DNA of 64,000 bases from Leptolyngbyaceae cyanobacterium. Lineage in GTDB: Bacteria > Cyanobacteriota > Cyanobacteriia > Phormidesmidales > Phormidesmidaceae. Position numbers and translations under genes: made by a program. Under the pieces are notes generated by a model, which searched no databases, was not told the origin of the DNA, and saw nothing but the letters and a program-made list of their open reading frames with translations. The DNA lies in NCBI GenBank assembly GCA_965263355.1, contig CBDHHL010000048.1, forward strand, positions 160,001 to 224,000. Direction: 5' to 3'. Below are positions 18,529-30,450 of this stretch, piece by piece (the first letter of the stretch is position 1; each line of letters starts with the position of its first letter).

Positions 18529-19269
18529 ATGTGGGAAACGCTTCAGCTCAGTCTTTATAACCTCAGTCAACTCGCCAATCAGTGGGTTGGCGCTCAGCTT
18601 GATCATCTCTCTATAGCCAGTGTTGTGATTATTGCGGCGGCAGGGCTGCTCACTAGCCTCACCCCATGTATGTTATCCATGCTGCCGATTACAGTGGGCT
18701 ATATGGGTAGCTATGACCTGGAAAATCGTTGGCAGGCAGTGGGCCAGTCTAGCTGGTTTGCCCTCGGTTTAGCGACCACATTGGCTGGTCTAGGGGTGGC
18801 CGCTAGCAGTCTGGGCTGGGTGTATGGCCAGGTGGGGGTAGGGTTACCAATTGTGGTGAGTGCGATCGCAATCATCATGGGGCTGAATCTGCTTGAAGCA
18901 CTGCCGCTACCGCCTTTACCCTCATACACCGGCATGGACTTTATGCAGAATAATATGCCGCGATCGCTAAAGTCCTATTTGCTAGGTTTGACCTTTGGTT
19001 TAGTGGCCTCCCCCTGCAGCACCCCGGTACTAGCCACACTGCTTGCCTGGGTTGGCCAAACAGGCGATCCGATTCTGGGTAGCTCTCTGTTACTGGCTTA
19101 CACCATCGGCTATGTCGCTCCGTTAGTGATCGCCGGTATTTTCACAGCTTCAATCAAAAAAATTCTTGCTATTCGCCAATGGTCTGGCTGGATTACTCCT
19201 GCCAGTGGTGTTTTGCTGATTGGCTTTGGCGTCTTTTCACTCGTGTCGCGATTTATGCCAGTCGCGTAA
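18529..19269 (+). CDS. ccdA: Cytochrome c biogenesis protein CcdA
   Basis: SLTPCMLSMLP and ASPCSTPVL Cys motifs. Confidence 0.93.
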   Translation: MWETLQLSLYNLSQLANQWVGAQLDHLSIASVVIIAAAGLLTSLTPCMLSMLPITVGYMGSYDLENRWQAVGQSSWFALGLATTLAGLGVAASSLGWVYGQVGVGLPIVVSAIAIIMGLNLLEALPLPPLPSYTGMDFMQNNMPRSLKSYLLGLTFGLVASPCSTPVLATLLAWVGQTGDPILGSSLLLAYTIGYVAPLVIAGIFTASIKKILAIRQWSGWITPASGVLLIGFGVFSLVSRFMPVA

Positions 19270-19314
19270 TTTACAGACGTTGCAGATAAAGTCTCTCTAT
19301 CAAACCTGTCTCCT

Positions 19315-20691
19315 ATGCCTGCTGCCCTAAAACGTTACTTTAAAAAAGAGCTTATTCCCCTTCTCGCCGACCTACGTCTGGCCATTATTCTGCTGCTAGT
19401 CATTGCCGTATTTAGCATTCTGGGCACTGTTATTGAGCAAGGGCAGAGCTTAACCTTTTATCAACAAAACTATCCCGAAGACCCTGCCCTATTTGGATTT
19501 CTCAGCTGGAAAGTACTGCTAATAGCAGGTCTAGACCACGTATACCGCACCTGGTGGTACCTTTCCCTGCTAATTCTCTTTGGCAGCAGCCTAACAGCTT
19601 GCACCTTTACCCGACAAATTACAGCCCTACGCTGGTTTTCACGCACCTGGAATTTTTACAGTCAGCCCCGTCAGTTTGAGAAAATGGCCCTCAGCACAGA
19701 ACTCAGCAAGGGCGACCTGAACCAACTTACCGAGTTGTTAACAGCTAAACGCTACAAAACCTTCCATAAAGACGGCACCATGCTTTACGCCCATAAGGGA
19801 TTAGCAGGTCGCATTGGTCCTATTTTGGTCCATGCTAGTATGCTAATCATCTTACTGGGGGCCATGTATGGAGCCATGACAGGGTTCTTTGCCCAGGAAA
19901 TGGTCCCCAGTGGCAACACGTTTACGGTGCAAAACATTTTTGATGCGGGTCCCTGGGCCAGTCCCCAGATTCCCAAAGATTGGTCAGTAAAAGTCAATCG
20001 CTTTTGGATCGACTACAGTCCTGAGGGAAGAGTAGAACAATTTTACTCTGACCTATCGGTGCTCAATGACCAGAGCGAAGAAGTAAAACGCAAAACAGTC
20101 TGGGTGAATCAGCCCTTACGCTATCGGAATGTCACTATGTACCAGGCTGACTGGTCCATTGCTGGGGTGCGGGTCAAAGTAAACAATAGCCCTATTCTGC
20201 AATTACCCATGGCTCCCATCGAAACTGAAGATGGGGGAAAGCTCTGGGGGACCTGGGTGCCCACTAAACCTGACATGAGTGCAGGGGTATCCCTAATCGC
20301 CCAAGATCTACAGGGGACATTGTTGGTCTACAGCACCAAAGGCCAGCTGATCTCCACCGTTCGGGAAGGCATGTCAGTGGATGTTAATGGTGTCACGTTA
20401 TCTGTAGTTGAAATTGTTGGCAGTACGGGCCTACAGATAAAATCCGATCCGGGGGTACCGATTGTTTATCTTGGGTTTGGATTACTCATGTCGGGAGTAA
20501 TCATGAGCTACATTTCCCATTCTCAGGTATGGGCTTTGCAAGCGGGTGATCAGCTTTACGTAGGCGGACGCACCAATCGTGCCCAGGTTGTATTTGAACG
20601 AGAACTCGTGGCAATCCTGGATAAGTTGGGCACTCAATCTGCTACTGAACTAACCAAAGATGAACCAACCAAAGATTTAGTGGTTTCTTAG
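19315..20691 (+). CDS. ccsB: Cytochrome c biogenesis protein CcsB/Ccs1 (ResB family)
   Basis: [41 protein letters not shown]. Confidence 0.93.
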   Translation: MPAALKRYFKKELIPLLADLRLAIILLLVIAVFSILGTVIEQGQSLTFYQQNYPEDPALFGFLSWKVLLIAGLDHVYRTWWYLSLLILFGSSLTACTFTRQITALRWFSRTWNFYSQPRQFEKMALSTELSKGDLNQLTELLTAKRYKTFHKDGTMLYAHKGLAGRIGPILVHASMLIILLGAMYGAMTGFFAQEMVPSGNTFTVQNIFDAGPWASPQIPKDWSVKVNRFWIDYSPEGRVEQFYSDLSVLNDQSEEVKRKTVWVNQPLRYRNVTMYQADWSIAGVRVKVNNSPILQLPMAPIETEDGGKLWGTWVPTKPDMSAGVSLIAQDLQGTLLVYSTKGQLISTVREGMSVDVNGVTLSVVEIVGSTGLQIKSDPGVPIVYLGFGLLMSGVIMSYISHSQVWALQAGDQLYVGGRTNRAQVVFERELVAILDKLGTQSATELTKDEPTKDLVVS

Positions 20692-20968
20692 AGAACATTT
20701 GCCACGTGGCAACTCTCAAACCCAGTCGTTAAACTCGCTGGCTTCAAATTTATCGTTCCGGACTATACCCAGGTCAACGTTAGCCAACTCTGGCAAGACA
20801 ATGTTCAGATAATTAACGCGTTAGGCCGTGTGAATTGGGATAACTCTGCAGCTGATTTGCAGTTTGAGCTATGTCAAACACGTGGTTATGTGGGTTGTCA
20901 GCCCCAAGGGTGGGTATCCATAGCAGGGGCCAAGCTTAATAGCGAAGATAGGAGAATACTCCACAACA

Positions 20969-21802
20969 TTAAGGTAGCCAAGGGTACTGACTAAAATCTG
21001 GCAAACGCTTTTCAAGAAAAGCCTGCTTTCCTTCAGCGCCTTCCTCTGTCAGGTAATACAGTAAGGTAGCATTGCCTGCTAACTCCTGCAAGCCTGCCTG
21101 CCCATCACAGTCCGCATTAAATGCAGCTTTGAGACAGCGTATGGCTGTCGGGCTTTTTTGAAGAACTTCCTGAGCCCATTGAATCCCCTCTGCTTCAAGC
21201 TGCTCAACTGGGACAACGTGATTGACTAGCCCCATATCTAATGCCTGTTTGGCATCGTACTGCCGACATAGAAACCAGATTTCTCGCGCTTTTTTCTGAC
21301 CCACAATGCGCGCCAAATAACTAGCCCCAAACCCGCCATCAAAACTCCCAACCTTGGGACCGGTCTGACCAAAAATAGCGTTATCCGCAGCAATCGTGAG
21401 GTCACAGATAAGATGCAGTACATGGCCACCGCCAATGGCATAACCGGCTACCAGAGCAATCACTACCTTGGGCATAGACCGAATCAACCGCTGCAAGTCC
21501 AACACATTTAAGCGCGGAATACCATCATCACCGACATAACCAGCCTTACCACGAACACTTTGATCGCCACCCGCACAAAACGCATATTTACCATCGATGT
21601 GAGGACCTGCTCCAGTAAGAAGTACCACCCCGATGGAAATATCTTCGCGGGCATCACAAAATGCCTCGTATAGCTCAAATACGGTTTTAGGACGAAAAGC
21701 GTTGCGTTTGTGGGGGCGATTGATGGTGATCTTTGCAATGCCATTGGCCTTGTGATAGAAGATGTCTTCGTAGGTTTTGACTGATTGCCAATCGACTTGC
21801 AT
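20969..21802 (-). CDS. menB: 1,4-dihydroxy-2-naphthoyl-CoA synthase
   Basis: [28 protein letters not shown] motifs. Confidence 0.96.
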   Translation of the reverse strand: MQVDWQSVKTYEDIFYHKANGIAKITINRPHKRNAFRPKTVFELYEAFCDAREDISIGVVLLTGAGPHIDGKYAFCAGGDQSVRGKAGYVGDDGIPRLNVLDLQRLIRSMPKVVIALVAGYAIGGGHVLHLICDLTIAADNAIFGQTGPKVGSFDGGFGASYLARIVGQKKAREIWFLCRQYDAKQALDMGLVNHVVPVEQLEAEGIQWAQEVLQKSPTAIRCLKAAFNADCDGQAGLQELAGNATLLYYLTEEGAEGKQAFLEKRLPDFSQYPWLP

Positions 21803-21988
21803 AGAGTGTTTGCTGGTGAATGATCGCCCGATGGGCAGTGCTACCCTACCACTCGCCAATCACCATTCAACATTCATTACAAGGCTGTTACAAAACATTT
21901 GCGACCCAGTCAAAAGATTGACATCTACGGGAGAATAGTCGCTAGAGAAAATTAGTAGCTTCTATTTTTAGCCCCACTGTTTACATCC

Positions 21989-22579
21989 ATGGCGTATTAC
22001 TGGTTCAAATCGTTTCACATTTTTGGTGTTGTAGCCTGGTTTGCAGGTCTTTTCTATCTAGCCAGGTTGTTTATTTATCATGTCGAGGCGGACATGGAGA
22101 TGCAGCCTGCCCAGAACATTTTGAAAAAGCAGTACAGCATTATGGAAAAGCGGCTTTACAACATCATTACGACACCAGCAATGGTTTTAACTGTGGTGAT
22201 GGCAACTGGACTGCTTTACGTCATGCCAGACTATCTTCACCAAGGCTGGATGCATGCAAAACTCGGGTTTGTTGGTTTACTTTTGGTTTACCATTTCTAT
22301 TGCGGTCGCATGATCAAGCAGTTGGAGAATGGGGAATGCCAATGGAATAGTAAAACTCTACGACTTTTTAATGAAGGTCCCACACTGCTATTGGTAGTTA
22401 TTGTTATGCTGGTTATCTTCAAAGAGCAGTTTCCCACCAGTGCCACCACATGGTTAATTGTGGCCTTAACAATTTCGTTTCTGGCAACTATTCAGCTTTA
22501 CGCCCGCAAGCGGCGTCTAGACAAAGAGAAGGAAGTCGCTGAAGCTGCCGCTAATGCAGAACAAGCTCTGCCGTCCTAA
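21989..22579 (+). CDS. hemJ: Protoporphyrinogen oxidase HemJ
   Basis: WFKSFHI..WFAGLFYLARLFIYH, MEKRLYNII, RLFNEGPT. Confidence 0.93.
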   Translation: MAYYWFKSFHIFGVVAWFAGLFYLARLFIYHVEADMEMQPAQNILKKQYSIMEKRLYNIITTPAMVLTVVMATGLLYVMPDYLHQGWMHAKLGFVGLLLVYHFYCGRMIKQLENGECQWNSKTLRLFNEGPTLLLVVIVMLVIFKEQFPTSATTWLIVALTISFLATIQLYARKRRLDKEKEVAEAAANAEQALPS

Positions 22580-22672
22580 TACTAAATCCAAATTCAGTAC
22601 CACCGCTTGAAAAGTATTAATGCTGTAAGAGCAATCCACTGTAGTTGCCCTGCGACACAAGGAAACAAACCA

Positions 22673-23638
22673 CTAACCAACCGGGGCCGGGGCCACTTCC
22701 TTGCCAGACATTGTCTGTCCGAGCCCCGGTAAAAACTTTTTAGCCATAGCTGGACTTTCCTCAAGCAAGTAGTTCAAGAAGCTTTCAGCTACCACAGATA
22801 ACTGCTTACCAGCTAAATGCCCAACGTACCATTGGCGAGGAATGGGAAAACCTTCCACATCAAGAATGGCAAATTCACCGCTAGTGCCCTCGGAAATAAT
22901 GGTGTGCTGTGACAAGACTGATACACCTAGACCACCCGCAATTCCTTGTTTAATTGCTTCATTACTACCTAGTTCCAGACGAACTTTCACATCCACATTA
23001 TGGGCAGCAAACAACTTTTGCACCGCTTCGCGGGTACCTGAGCCTGGTTCACGCATTATAAAGGGTTCGTTGTTTAGCGCCTCAATCGGTATATTTTTTT
23101 TGCCAGCCAATGGATGATCGGTAGGTGCAATAACCACTAAGGGATTATCTAAAAAAGGATACGTTTTGAGATCAGGCTGACTAGGAAGTTGACTAAAGAT
23201 AAACAGATCATCCCGATTATTAAGCATCCGCTCTTGGATATTTTGATGGTTGGTTACCTTAAGCGAAATGTCGATACCGGGATAGCGTTTACAGAAAGGC
23301 CCCAACAGTCGAGGTACAAAATACTTGGCAGTAGTAATCACGGCTATACTCAACCGCCCTTGCTTCATACCCTTGAGATCCGCAATGGACATTTCAAACT
23401 GAGATAACCCTTGGAAAATTTCTTGACAGGTTTCTAAGAGCTTCTTACCCGCCTGAGTCAGGTATAAACGCTTACCAATTTGTTCAAACAGCGGTAGGCC
23501 TACCGCTTTTGTAAGCTGCTTGACTTGTATTGATACCGTTGGCTGGGTTAAATAGAGTTCTTCAGCTGCACGGGTAAAACTACCGTGACGCGCAGTGGCT
23601 TCAAATACCTTGAGCTGATGGAGCGTCGCATGAATCAC
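22673..23638 (-). CDS. ndhR: CbbR-type LysR regulator, NdhR(CcmR)/CmpR group
   Basis: ATLHQLKVFEATARHGSFTRAAEEL, ITTAKYFVPRLLG, REPGSGTR, LGSNEAIKQ; NdhR versus CmpR not certain. Confidence 0.75.
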   Translation of the reverse strand: MIHATLHQLKVFEATARHGSFTRAAEELYLTQPTVSIQVKQLTKAVGLPLFEQIGKRLYLTQAGKKLLETCQEIFQGLSQFEMSIADLKGMKQGRLSIAVITTAKYFVPRLLGPFCKRYPGIDISLKVTNHQNIQERMLNNRDDLFIFSQLPSQPDLKTYPFLDNPLVVIAPTDHPLAGKKNIPIEALNNEPFIMREPGSGTREAVQKLFAAHNVDVKVRLELGSNEAIKQGIAGGLGVSVLSQHTIISEGTSGEFAILDVEGFPIPRQWYVGHLAGKQLSVVAESFLNYLLEESPAMAKKFLPGLGQTMSGKEVAPAPVG

Positions 23639-23689
23639 GGCTTGAGTCCTCGTTGCAGCTAGCAGTAATCAATCGTAACGTATCTTTCA

Positions 23690-23705
23690 ATAGAGTTTAT
23701 TCTAT
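23690..23705. promoter_or_regulatory. ATAG-N8-CTAT NdhR/CcmR-type operator
   Basis: atag-agtttatt-ctat in the 97-bp divergent gap between the LysR gene and chrA. Confidence 0.7.
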
Positions 23706-23735
23706 CAAAGAAACCTATTTGAGTGGACTTTTTCT

Positions 23736-24911
23736 ATGAATACTCTGGTAAGTCGACTGCAGGAATTGACCGGATTGTTTTTAAGGTTGGGAGCTATAGG
23801 GTTTGGTGGTCCCCAAGCTCACATTGCCATGATTAATAATGAGGCAGTAGAGCAACGCCACTGGCTAGACACTGATGAATTTAGTGATGGTCTAGCAGTC
23901 TGTGAAATGCTGCCCGGTCCAGCATCAACTCAGATGGGGATTTACACAGGCTATGTTTATGCTGGTTGGCTAGGGGCCTTGGTGGCAGGTCTGGCATTTA
24001 TTACCCCTGCATTTTTGATTGTGGTGGCTCTCAGTTGGATATATTTTCAGTTTCAGCAGCTTCCCCAGTTAATGGCCCTATTTTTTGGGCTTTCCCCGGT
24101 AATGATCGCGATTATTTTGGGATTTTGCTACAAGTTAGGTCGCAAATCTATTCAGAATCGGATCGGGGTAGTTATTGCCGTTCTAGCTTTTTTAGCCAGT
24201 GTATTTAGCAAGCTCAACACACCGGTTTTATTCTTGCTAGCAGGGCTACTGGGGATGGGAATATACGGCCCCAGAGGTCTACGCCTCAATAGTTTTATGC
24301 CTTTTGGGGTATTGGCGATATTGTCACCGAGCTTTTGGGGCAATGAGCGCGTATCAGCCTACGGTTGGTCTTTATTTACCTTTTTTCTGAAAGTAGGCAC
24401 ATTTATATTTGGTGGTGGCTTAGTGATTATTCCACTGTTAGAGTTCGAGGTGGTTGAACGGCTGGGCTGGCTCTCTACCTCAGACTTTATCAATGGTGTG
24501 GCAATTGGGCAGCTGAGCCCAGGGCCAGTGGTTCTGACAGCAGCATTCGTTGGCTATAAGATGGCTGGCTTTTTTGGGGCTCTGATTTCAACTGTAGCTA
24601 TTTTCACACCTTCATTTCTATTTATTATGCTGGCAGCACCTTTGCTGGGTCGTCTACGGCGCAATGCTTGGACACAGGCATTTCTGAAGGGTATTAAACC
24701 GGCTGTGGTCGGGGCGATTATGGCGGCAGCGGTTCCCTTAGGACAAACGGCTTTTGGTAGGGAGACGTGGTCGTTATCCATATTGGCTGTGATCGTTGCG
24801 ATCGCAGCCCTAATTGCCATCCTACGTTTCAAAATTACCGCCTGGAAACTTATCCTGGGGGGAGCAGCCATTGGATTAGTCGGATATCCGCTACTAGGAG
24901 GAATGTCCTAA
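23736..24911 (+). CDS. chrA: Chromate transporter (CHR family, long-chain)
   Basis: Two GFGGP/FGGG and PGP repeats. Confidence 0.9.
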   Translation: MNTLVSRLQELTGLFLRLGAIGFGGPQAHIAMINNEAVEQRHWLDTDEFSDGLAVCEMLPGPASTQMGIYTGYVYAGWLGALVAGLAFITPAFLIVVALSWIYFQFQQLPQLMALFFGLSPVMIAIILGFCYKLGRKSIQNRIGVVIAVLAFLASVFSKLNTPVLFLLAGLLGMGIYGPRGLRLNSFMPFGVLAILSPSFWGNERVSAYGWSLFTFFLKVGTFIFGGGLVIIPLLEFEVVERLGWLSTSDFINGVAIGQLSPGPVVLTAAFVGYKMAGFFGALISTVAIFTPSFLFIMLAAPLLGRLRRNAWTQAFLKGIKPAVVGAIMAAAVPLGQTAFGRETWSLSILAVIVAIAALIAILRFKITAWKLILGGAAIGLVGYPLLGGMS

Positions 24912-24970
24912 AGTCTAGTTTTGAGTACTCAGTGTTTAATAATTCTCCTATCCCTACGCGTTCCCTTGCC

Positions 24971-26032
24971 ATGTATCTCCAGTCCCATGATCGCATCGCT
25001 ATTCTGCTCCACAATGGCATTACTGGCGATAAGGGTAAGACCGGCCTCGCCTTACTACGCTACAGCGAAAATCCCATCGCTGTTGTTATCGATGAAACCT
25101 GCCCAGGAAAATCACTGAAGAACCTCACAGGCATTGATCGCGACGTCCCGATTGTAGCCACCATGGCAGCCGCCCTAGACTATGAGCCAGATGTCTTGGC
25201 CATTGGTCTTGCTCCGTCTGGAGGCCGTTTGCCAGAGCCTTGGGTGGAGGATGTACGGGTTGCGATCGCTGCAGGCCTCAACATCATGAATGGCCTACAC
25301 ACCTACTTTAATCAGGATCCCAGTCTCATCGAGCAGATGGATCCCTGTCGGCATCCTGACCAATGGATTTGGGATATGCGACAAGAACCCCCTGGCCTCT
25401 CTGTTGGTTCTGGCAAAGCTCGCCATCTCCACAACTGTCGCCGGGTATTAACCGTTGGCACCGACATGGCCGTTGGTAAAATGTCTACCTGCATTGAGCT
25501 TAACCGAGCTACCCAGGCCAAAGGTTTACGATCTCAGCTCATTGCCACAGGCCAAACAGCCCTGATGCTAGGTGCTCCAGGCATAGCACTAGATGCCATA
25601 CGCGTGGACTTTGCCGCTGGAGCTGTTGAACAGACTGTCCTTACCTATGGTGATACAAATGACGTGGTTTATGTAGAAGGTCAGGGTTCTTTACTAAATC
25701 CAGCTTCGACTGCTACATTACCTCTACTGCGAGGGGCTCAACCCACACATCTGGTCCTGGTACACAAAATTAATTTGGAACGGATTCAGCACTTTCCAGA
25801 CTTTTATATTCCCCCCATTCAGAAGGTGCTCAACCTCTACGATACGGTGGCCAATGCAGGAGGAACTTTCACCTCACCTAAGATGTCAGGCATTGCACTA
25901 AATACATTTGGAGTGGATGAAGATAACGCTAGGGGTGCGATCTCAGATCTATCACGAGAAACCGGGCTCCCCTGTACAGACGTCGTCCGTTTTAGTCCAG
26001 CCCCAATTTTAGAAGCCATTTTAAGTACTTGA
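24971..26032 (+). CDS. DUF1611 family P-loop protein
   Basis: GKTGLALLRY, VGTDMAVGKM, ATGQT, VEGQGSL motifs. Confidence 0.85.
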   Translation: MYLQSHDRIAILLHNGITGDKGKTGLALLRYSENPIAVVIDETCPGKSLKNLTGIDRDVPIVATMAAALDYEPDVLAIGLAPSGGRLPEPWVEDVRVAIAAGLNIMNGLHTYFNQDPSLIEQMDPCRHPDQWIWDMRQEPPGLSVGSGKARHLHNCRRVLTVGTDMAVGKMSTCIELNRATQAKGLRSQLIATGQTALMLGAPGIALDAIRVDFAAGAVEQTVLTYGDTNDVVYVEGQGSLLNPASTATLPLLRGAQPTHLVLVHKINLERIQHFPDFYIPPIQKVLNLYDTVANAGGTFTSPKMSGIALNTFGVDEDNARGAISDLSRETGLPCTDVVRFSPAPILEAILST

Positions 26033-26083
26033 AACCGTCAAGTTTGACAAAAACTTAGAACTCGGAACTAAGCACTAAAAAAC

Positions 26084-26308
26084 CTACTTTTTCCGTAAAC
26101 GATAAGTAATTCGTCCCTTGGTCAAGTCATAAGGTGTCAGCTCAACTTTGACCCGATCCCCTGGCAAAATCTTGATATAGTTACGACGGATTTTACCAGA
26201 AATATGAGCTAAAACGTTAAACCCGTTATCTAAATCAACCCGAAACATTGCATTAGGAAGAGATTCGGTAACAGTCCCTTCCATCTCAATTAAATCTTGC
26301 TTAGACAA
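26084..26308 (-). CDS. infA: Translation initiation factor IF-1 (TTG start)
   Basis: [26 protein letters not shown]. Confidence 0.97.
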
Positions 26309-26468
26309 GTAGCTATTCCTCAATTCAACCAACCATTAAACATGAAGTGGGCAAACTCAAATAGTCCCTCCACTTCTAACGATATAAGCGTAACAAACGA
26401 TACCCAAATTGCTATGGAATAGTCTCGACAAGTACTCTAAAGGAGTAATACAGCTAAACAAGCAAATA

Positions 26469-27023
26469 TTATGCATGTAAGACCTGCTTTAATTCAGTCG
26501 CCACTGAATCCATTGGCTGATGACCATTAATGGATACCAACTGCTGGCGATTTCTAAAAAACTCAATTAAGGGTTCTGTCTGTTGACGATAGACCTCTAA
26601 ACGGTTACGAATGACCGATTCATTATCATCTTTGCGGCCACGTGCCAGTAATCTCGATACCAATACATCGTCTGGCACTTCGAGATTCAAAACACATTCA
26701 CAGGGCTGACTAATTTCTATCAATAACTTATCTAAAAAATTAGCTTGACTAACATTGCGAGGAAACCCATCTAAAATCCAACCCTTTGATGCATCTTCTT
26801 GATTCAAACGGTCACGAATTAGATCCAAAATCAAATCATCCGGCACCAATTCCCCAGCATCCATATAAGACGCTGCTTTTTGGCCCAGCTCAGTCTGAGC
26901 AGCAACAGCTGAGCGCAAAATATCTCCAGTAGAGATGTGAGGTACACTAAAATCTTTAGATAGAACAGCAGCCTGTGTCCCCTTACCAGCCCCAGGAGGG
27001 CCTAAAAAAATCACTCTTATCAC
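26469..27023 (-). CDS. adk: Adenylate kinase
   Basis: [20 protein letters not shown]. Confidence 0.97.
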   Translation of the reverse strand: MIRVIFLGPPGAGKGTQAAVLSKDFSVPHISTGDILRSAVAAQTELGQKAASYMDAGELVPDDLILDLIRDRLNQEDASKGWILDGFPRNVSQANFLDKLLIEISQPCECVLNLEVPDDVLVSRLLARGRKDDNESVIRNRLEVYRQQTEPLIEFFRNRQQLVSINGHQPMDSVATELKQVLHA

Positions 27024-28345
27024 TACTTTTTCACCATACCTTCGTAACGTTGAGAAATCACATAGGTCTGAATCTGCTTGGCCGTATCAATGGCCACACC
27101 AACAAGGATTAAAAGCGACGTAGCCCCTAATCCTTGAAACACGGTTACACGCAAACCGCTTTCTACCATACTTGGTACCACAGCAACAACGCCTAAGAAA
27201 ATTGCACCTAAGAACGTTAACCGGTTTAAAACTTTACCAATAAAGTTGCTTGTTGCCTTGCCAGGACGAATCCCTGGAATACTAGCACCCATTTTTTTGA
27301 GATTTCGCGACATATCTTCAGGATCTACCACCAGTGATGCATAAAAATAACTGAAGAACAAAATCATCACCAAATACATCAGGTTGTATGGAATGGAGCC
27401 TGGACTCAAAAAGCTAGTAACAAAATCTGATACACCTGGATTAGAGAAGGTTCTGGCAATGTAGGGAGCCGCCTGTAAAGGTAATACTAAGATGGCTGAC
27501 GCAAAAATAATCGGCATTACACCACCTTGATTAAGGCGCAAAGGCAAATAATTGCTCTTTTCTAAATACAGTTTACGCCCTACCTGGCGTCGTGCCGAAA
27601 CGATGGGAATTCGGCGCATGCCCTCTTGTACAAACACAATGCCAACCACCATGGCCAAGTACACAAGGCTGACAACGACAATCCCTGCAACCTCTTGGCG
27701 CGTAGAGTTAGGATTCTGAGCAACCGTCACCGCACTATTAAGCAAACGAGGTAATGATGAAACGATGTTGAGGAAAATTAACAGGGATGCCCCATTACCA
27801 ACACCACGCTCAGTGATTAATTCACCTACCCACATCACAAACATAGAACCCGCTGTCAGAGCAACAGCAGTTTCCATAATGAATGGAATACCAGGTTGGT
27901 TAGCAAAAGGACTGAGCAAAAAGCTCGCCAACAAAGTACTCTGCAAAACTGCCCAGCCCATTGCTACATAACGGGTAATTTGAGAAATCTTACGACGCCC
28001 AGCCTCCCCTTCATTTTTTTGCAAATCCTCTAACTGAGGAATCGCGGCTGTCAGCAACTGCATAATGATAGAAGCATTAATGTAAGGCAGAATGCCTAGA
28101 GCAAAAATACCCAGCAAGGATAAACCACCACCCACAAAAATATCTAGAAATCCCAGAAGACCTCCAGCATCAACTTGTTGTGAAAAAGCGACTCGATCAA
28201 TCCCTGGCACAGGAATATACATCCCAAACCGTACCAGTACTAATAACCCTAGAGTCACCAATAAACGTCCGCGCAGGCCCGCCGCTTGGGCCATCTGCAA
28301 AAACGTTTCTTGGGCGCTGGGTGTCTTTCCTCGACTGACAACCAT
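27023..28345 (-). CDS. secY: Preprotein translocase SecY
   Basis: [27 protein letters not shown]. Confidence 0.98.
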   Translation of the reverse strand: MVVSRGKTPSAQETFLQMAQAAGLRGRLLVTLGLLVLVRFGMYIPVPGIDRVAFSQQVDAGGLLGFLDIFVGGGLSLLGIFALGILPYINASIIMQLLTAAIPQLEDLQKNEGEAGRRKISQITRYVAMGWAVLQSTLLASFLLSPFANQPGIPFIMETAVALTAGSMFVMWVGELITERGVGNGASLLIFLNIVSSLPRLLNSAVTVAQNPNSTRQEVAGIVVVSLVYLAMVVGIVFVQEGMRRIPIVSARRQVGRKLYLEKSNYLPLRLNQGGVMPIIFASAILVLPLQAAPYIARTFSNPGVSDFVTSFLSPGSIPYNLMYLVMILFFSYFYASLVVDPEDMSRNLKKMGASIPGIRPGKATSNFIGKVLNRLTFLGAIFLGVVAVVPSMVESGLRVTVFQGLGATSLLILVGVAIDTAKQIQTYVISQRYEGMVKK

Positions 28346-28442
28346 AATTTTTAGATTCTGTTTGAGATTCTAATTAAACGTGAGCTGTACCCAGACTAAA
28401 ACCAAGGCACAGCCCACTGGGATATAGATTTATTCTAAAGGC

Positions 28443-28889
28443 TTACGCCACGATTTCACAGGTACCGCCAGCAGCCTCAATCTTAGCCCTAGCACTGTGG
28501 GTAAATGCTGCTGCCTTAACCGTCAAAGCAACATTTAGCTCACCATTGCCCAGAATTTTTAGCGGGCCGTCATTGGCAGTGATGATACCAGCGGCCATTA
28601 AAGACTCCATTGTGACCTCGGTACCAGCAGATAGTTCAACCAAACGTGAAACATTTAGCACAGTGAATACCTTCTGATTCACAATGGGAAAATGCTTCAA
28701 CTTGGGAATCCGGCGATACAAAGGCAGTTGGCCACCTTCAAAGCCGGGACGGGTAGGACGTCCCGAGCGAGCTTTTTGACCGCGCATGCCAAACCCACAA
28801 GTAGCTCCTTGACCCGCCGCAATACCACGACCTACACGACGCCGACGTCGCTTTGATCCAGCTTTTGGCCCAACATCCTCTAGTCTCAT
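28443..28889 (-). CDS. rplO: 50S ribosomal protein L15
   Basis: [23 protein letters not shown]. Confidence 0.97.
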   Translation of the reverse strand: MRLEDVGPKAGSKRRRRRVGRGIAAGQGATCGFGMRGQKARSGRPTRPGFEGGQLPLYRRIPKLKHFPIVNQKVFTVLNVSRLVELSAGTEVTMESLMAAGIITANDGPLKILGNGELNVALTVKAAAFTHSARAKIEAAGGTCEIVA

Positions 28890-28924
28890 CGTTTTAAATC
28901 CCAACAAATGCAATTATTTCAGAC

Positions 28925-29449
28925 CTAAGCGTAAAGCTTCTCAAGAGGAATTCCACGCTCCTTAGCGACCTCAGAGAATGTGCGCAGAGAAGCCAATGCA
29001 GCAGCAGCAGCTCGAGCATTATTCAACTGGTTACCAGACCCAAGTTGCTTAGCCAAAACATTTCTCACCCCTGCCAATTCAAGCACAGTACGAACCGCCC
29101 CACCTGCAATTACACCGGTACCAGGAGCTGCCGGACGCATAAACACACGTGCGCCACCAGCTTCACCAGTGGCGGGATGAGGTAATGAATAAGCCTTATT
29201 TAAGGGCACGTCTACCAGTTTTTTCTTACCATCGGCCACACCTTTCTTAACAGCACCGATTACATCACTGGCTTTACCGACACCAACACCAACCTGACCT
29301 TTCTCATTACCAATCACCACAATGGCTCGAAAGCTTAGTTTTTTACCCCCTTTGACCACCTTAGTCACACGGCGGATTTGGACTACTCGCTCCTGCCACT
29401 CTGATTCTTTCTCTTTTCCCTTGTTACTCTTGCGACGTTCCTTTGCCAT
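28925..29449 (-). CDS. rpsE: 30S ribosomal protein S5
   Basis: [17 protein letters not shown]. Confidence 0.98.
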   Translation of the reverse strand: MAKERRKSNKGKEKESEWQERVVQIRRVTKVVKGGKKLSFRAIVVIGNEKGQVGVGVGKASDVIGAVKKGVADGKKKLVDVPLNKAYSLPHPATGEAGGARVFMRPAAPGTGVIAGGAVRTVLELAGVRNVLAKQLGSGNQLNNARAAAAALASLRTFSEVAKERGIPLEKLYA

Positions 29450-29479
29450 AATTAAAACCTTTAGCCTTTAGAAAAAGTT

Positions 29480-29839
29480 CTAGAAATCCAGACCAGCTTC
29501 ACGAGCAGCCTCTGCCAAAGCTGCTACACGACCGTGGTAAAGCTTACCACCACGATCAAAAACAACTTGTTTAACCCCCTGGGCCAAGGAACGCTCAGCG
29601 ATCAGCTTCCCAACTTTAGCTGAAGCATCCTTAGTAGAGCCACTGCCATCTCCTTTAATATCAACGTCCAGCGTTGAAGCTGACGCTAACGTATGATGCT
29701 TATAATCATCAATAATTTGCGCGTAAATATGATTGTTAGAACGATATACTGCTAATCGAGGCCGTTCAGCAGTTCCTTTAACTCGACGACGAATTCGCGC
29801 GTGACGACGACGAGTAGACTGTTTGCGCGTAGCTTTCAT
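29480..29839 (-). CDS. rplR: 50S ribosomal protein L18
   Basis: [15 protein letters not shown]. Confidence 0.98.
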   Translation of the reverse strand: MKATRKQSTRRRHARIRRRVKGTAERPRLAVYRSNNHIYAQIIDDYKHHTLASASTLDVDIKGDGSGSTKDASAKVGKLIAERSLAQGVKQVVFDRGGKLYHGRVAALAEAAREAGLDF

Positions 29840-29846
29840 AACTCAA

Positions 29847-30383
29847 TTACTTCCCTGATTTACCAGCTTTACGTCTGACCATCTCACCGAGATAGCGTAC
29901 TCCTTTACCTTTGTAGGGTTCAGGGGGTCGAGCATCACGAATCTTAGCGGCAATTGTACCAACCAATTCTTTGTCAATTCCGGACACGATTACATTGGTA
30001 TTACTTTCTACCTTAAACTCGATGCCTGCTGGCGGCTCAAATTCAACCGGATGGCTATAGCCCAGATTCATCGTTAACGTCTTGCCCTTCACAGCTGCAC
30101 GATAACCAACTCCCTTAATCTCAAGGCGTTTTTCAAATCCCTTGGAAACACCTTCTACCATGTTGGCAATTAAGGTACGTGAAAGACCATGACGAGCACG
30201 CGCCAAACGCGAATCATCTTGACGAGTCACCACAACTTGTTCACCCTCTTGGGCAATATTGACCTCTCCAGGTAAAACACGGGACAGCTCACCCTTGGGA
30301 CCTTTAACAGCTACTGATTGAGCATCAATAGATACGGTTACACCTGAAGGTACAGGTACCGGCTTTTTACCAATCCGAGACAT
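29847..30383 (-). CDS. rplF: 50S ribosomal protein L6
   Basis: [16 protein letters not shown]. Confidence 0.98.
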   Translation of the reverse strand: MSRIGKKPVPVPSGVTVSIDAQSVAVKGPKGELSRVLPGEVNIAQEGEQVVVTRQDDSRLARARHGLSRTLIANMVEGVSKGFEKRLEIKGVGYRAAVKGKTLTMNLGYSHPVEFEPPAGIEFKVESNTNVIVSGIDKELVGTIAAKIRDARPPEPYKGKGVRYLGEMVRRKAGKSGK

Positions 30384-30450
30384 TTTTAATCCTTCCCTAA
30401 TCGCCAGCAATGGCCATGCAAATAAACTCTAAGACAAGCAATGTGAAACA

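Noticed and set aside
21877..21897. TTACA repeats between menB and hemJ as an HLR1 site
   Set aside because: 11-bp spacing and only a partial match; too weak to call
24767..24970. N-terminal extensions in the ORF track (DUF1611, also pepN, menB, infA, rplC, rplE, rplF, rplQ, glyA)
   Set aside because: Longest-ORF artefacts; family-typical starts lie downstream
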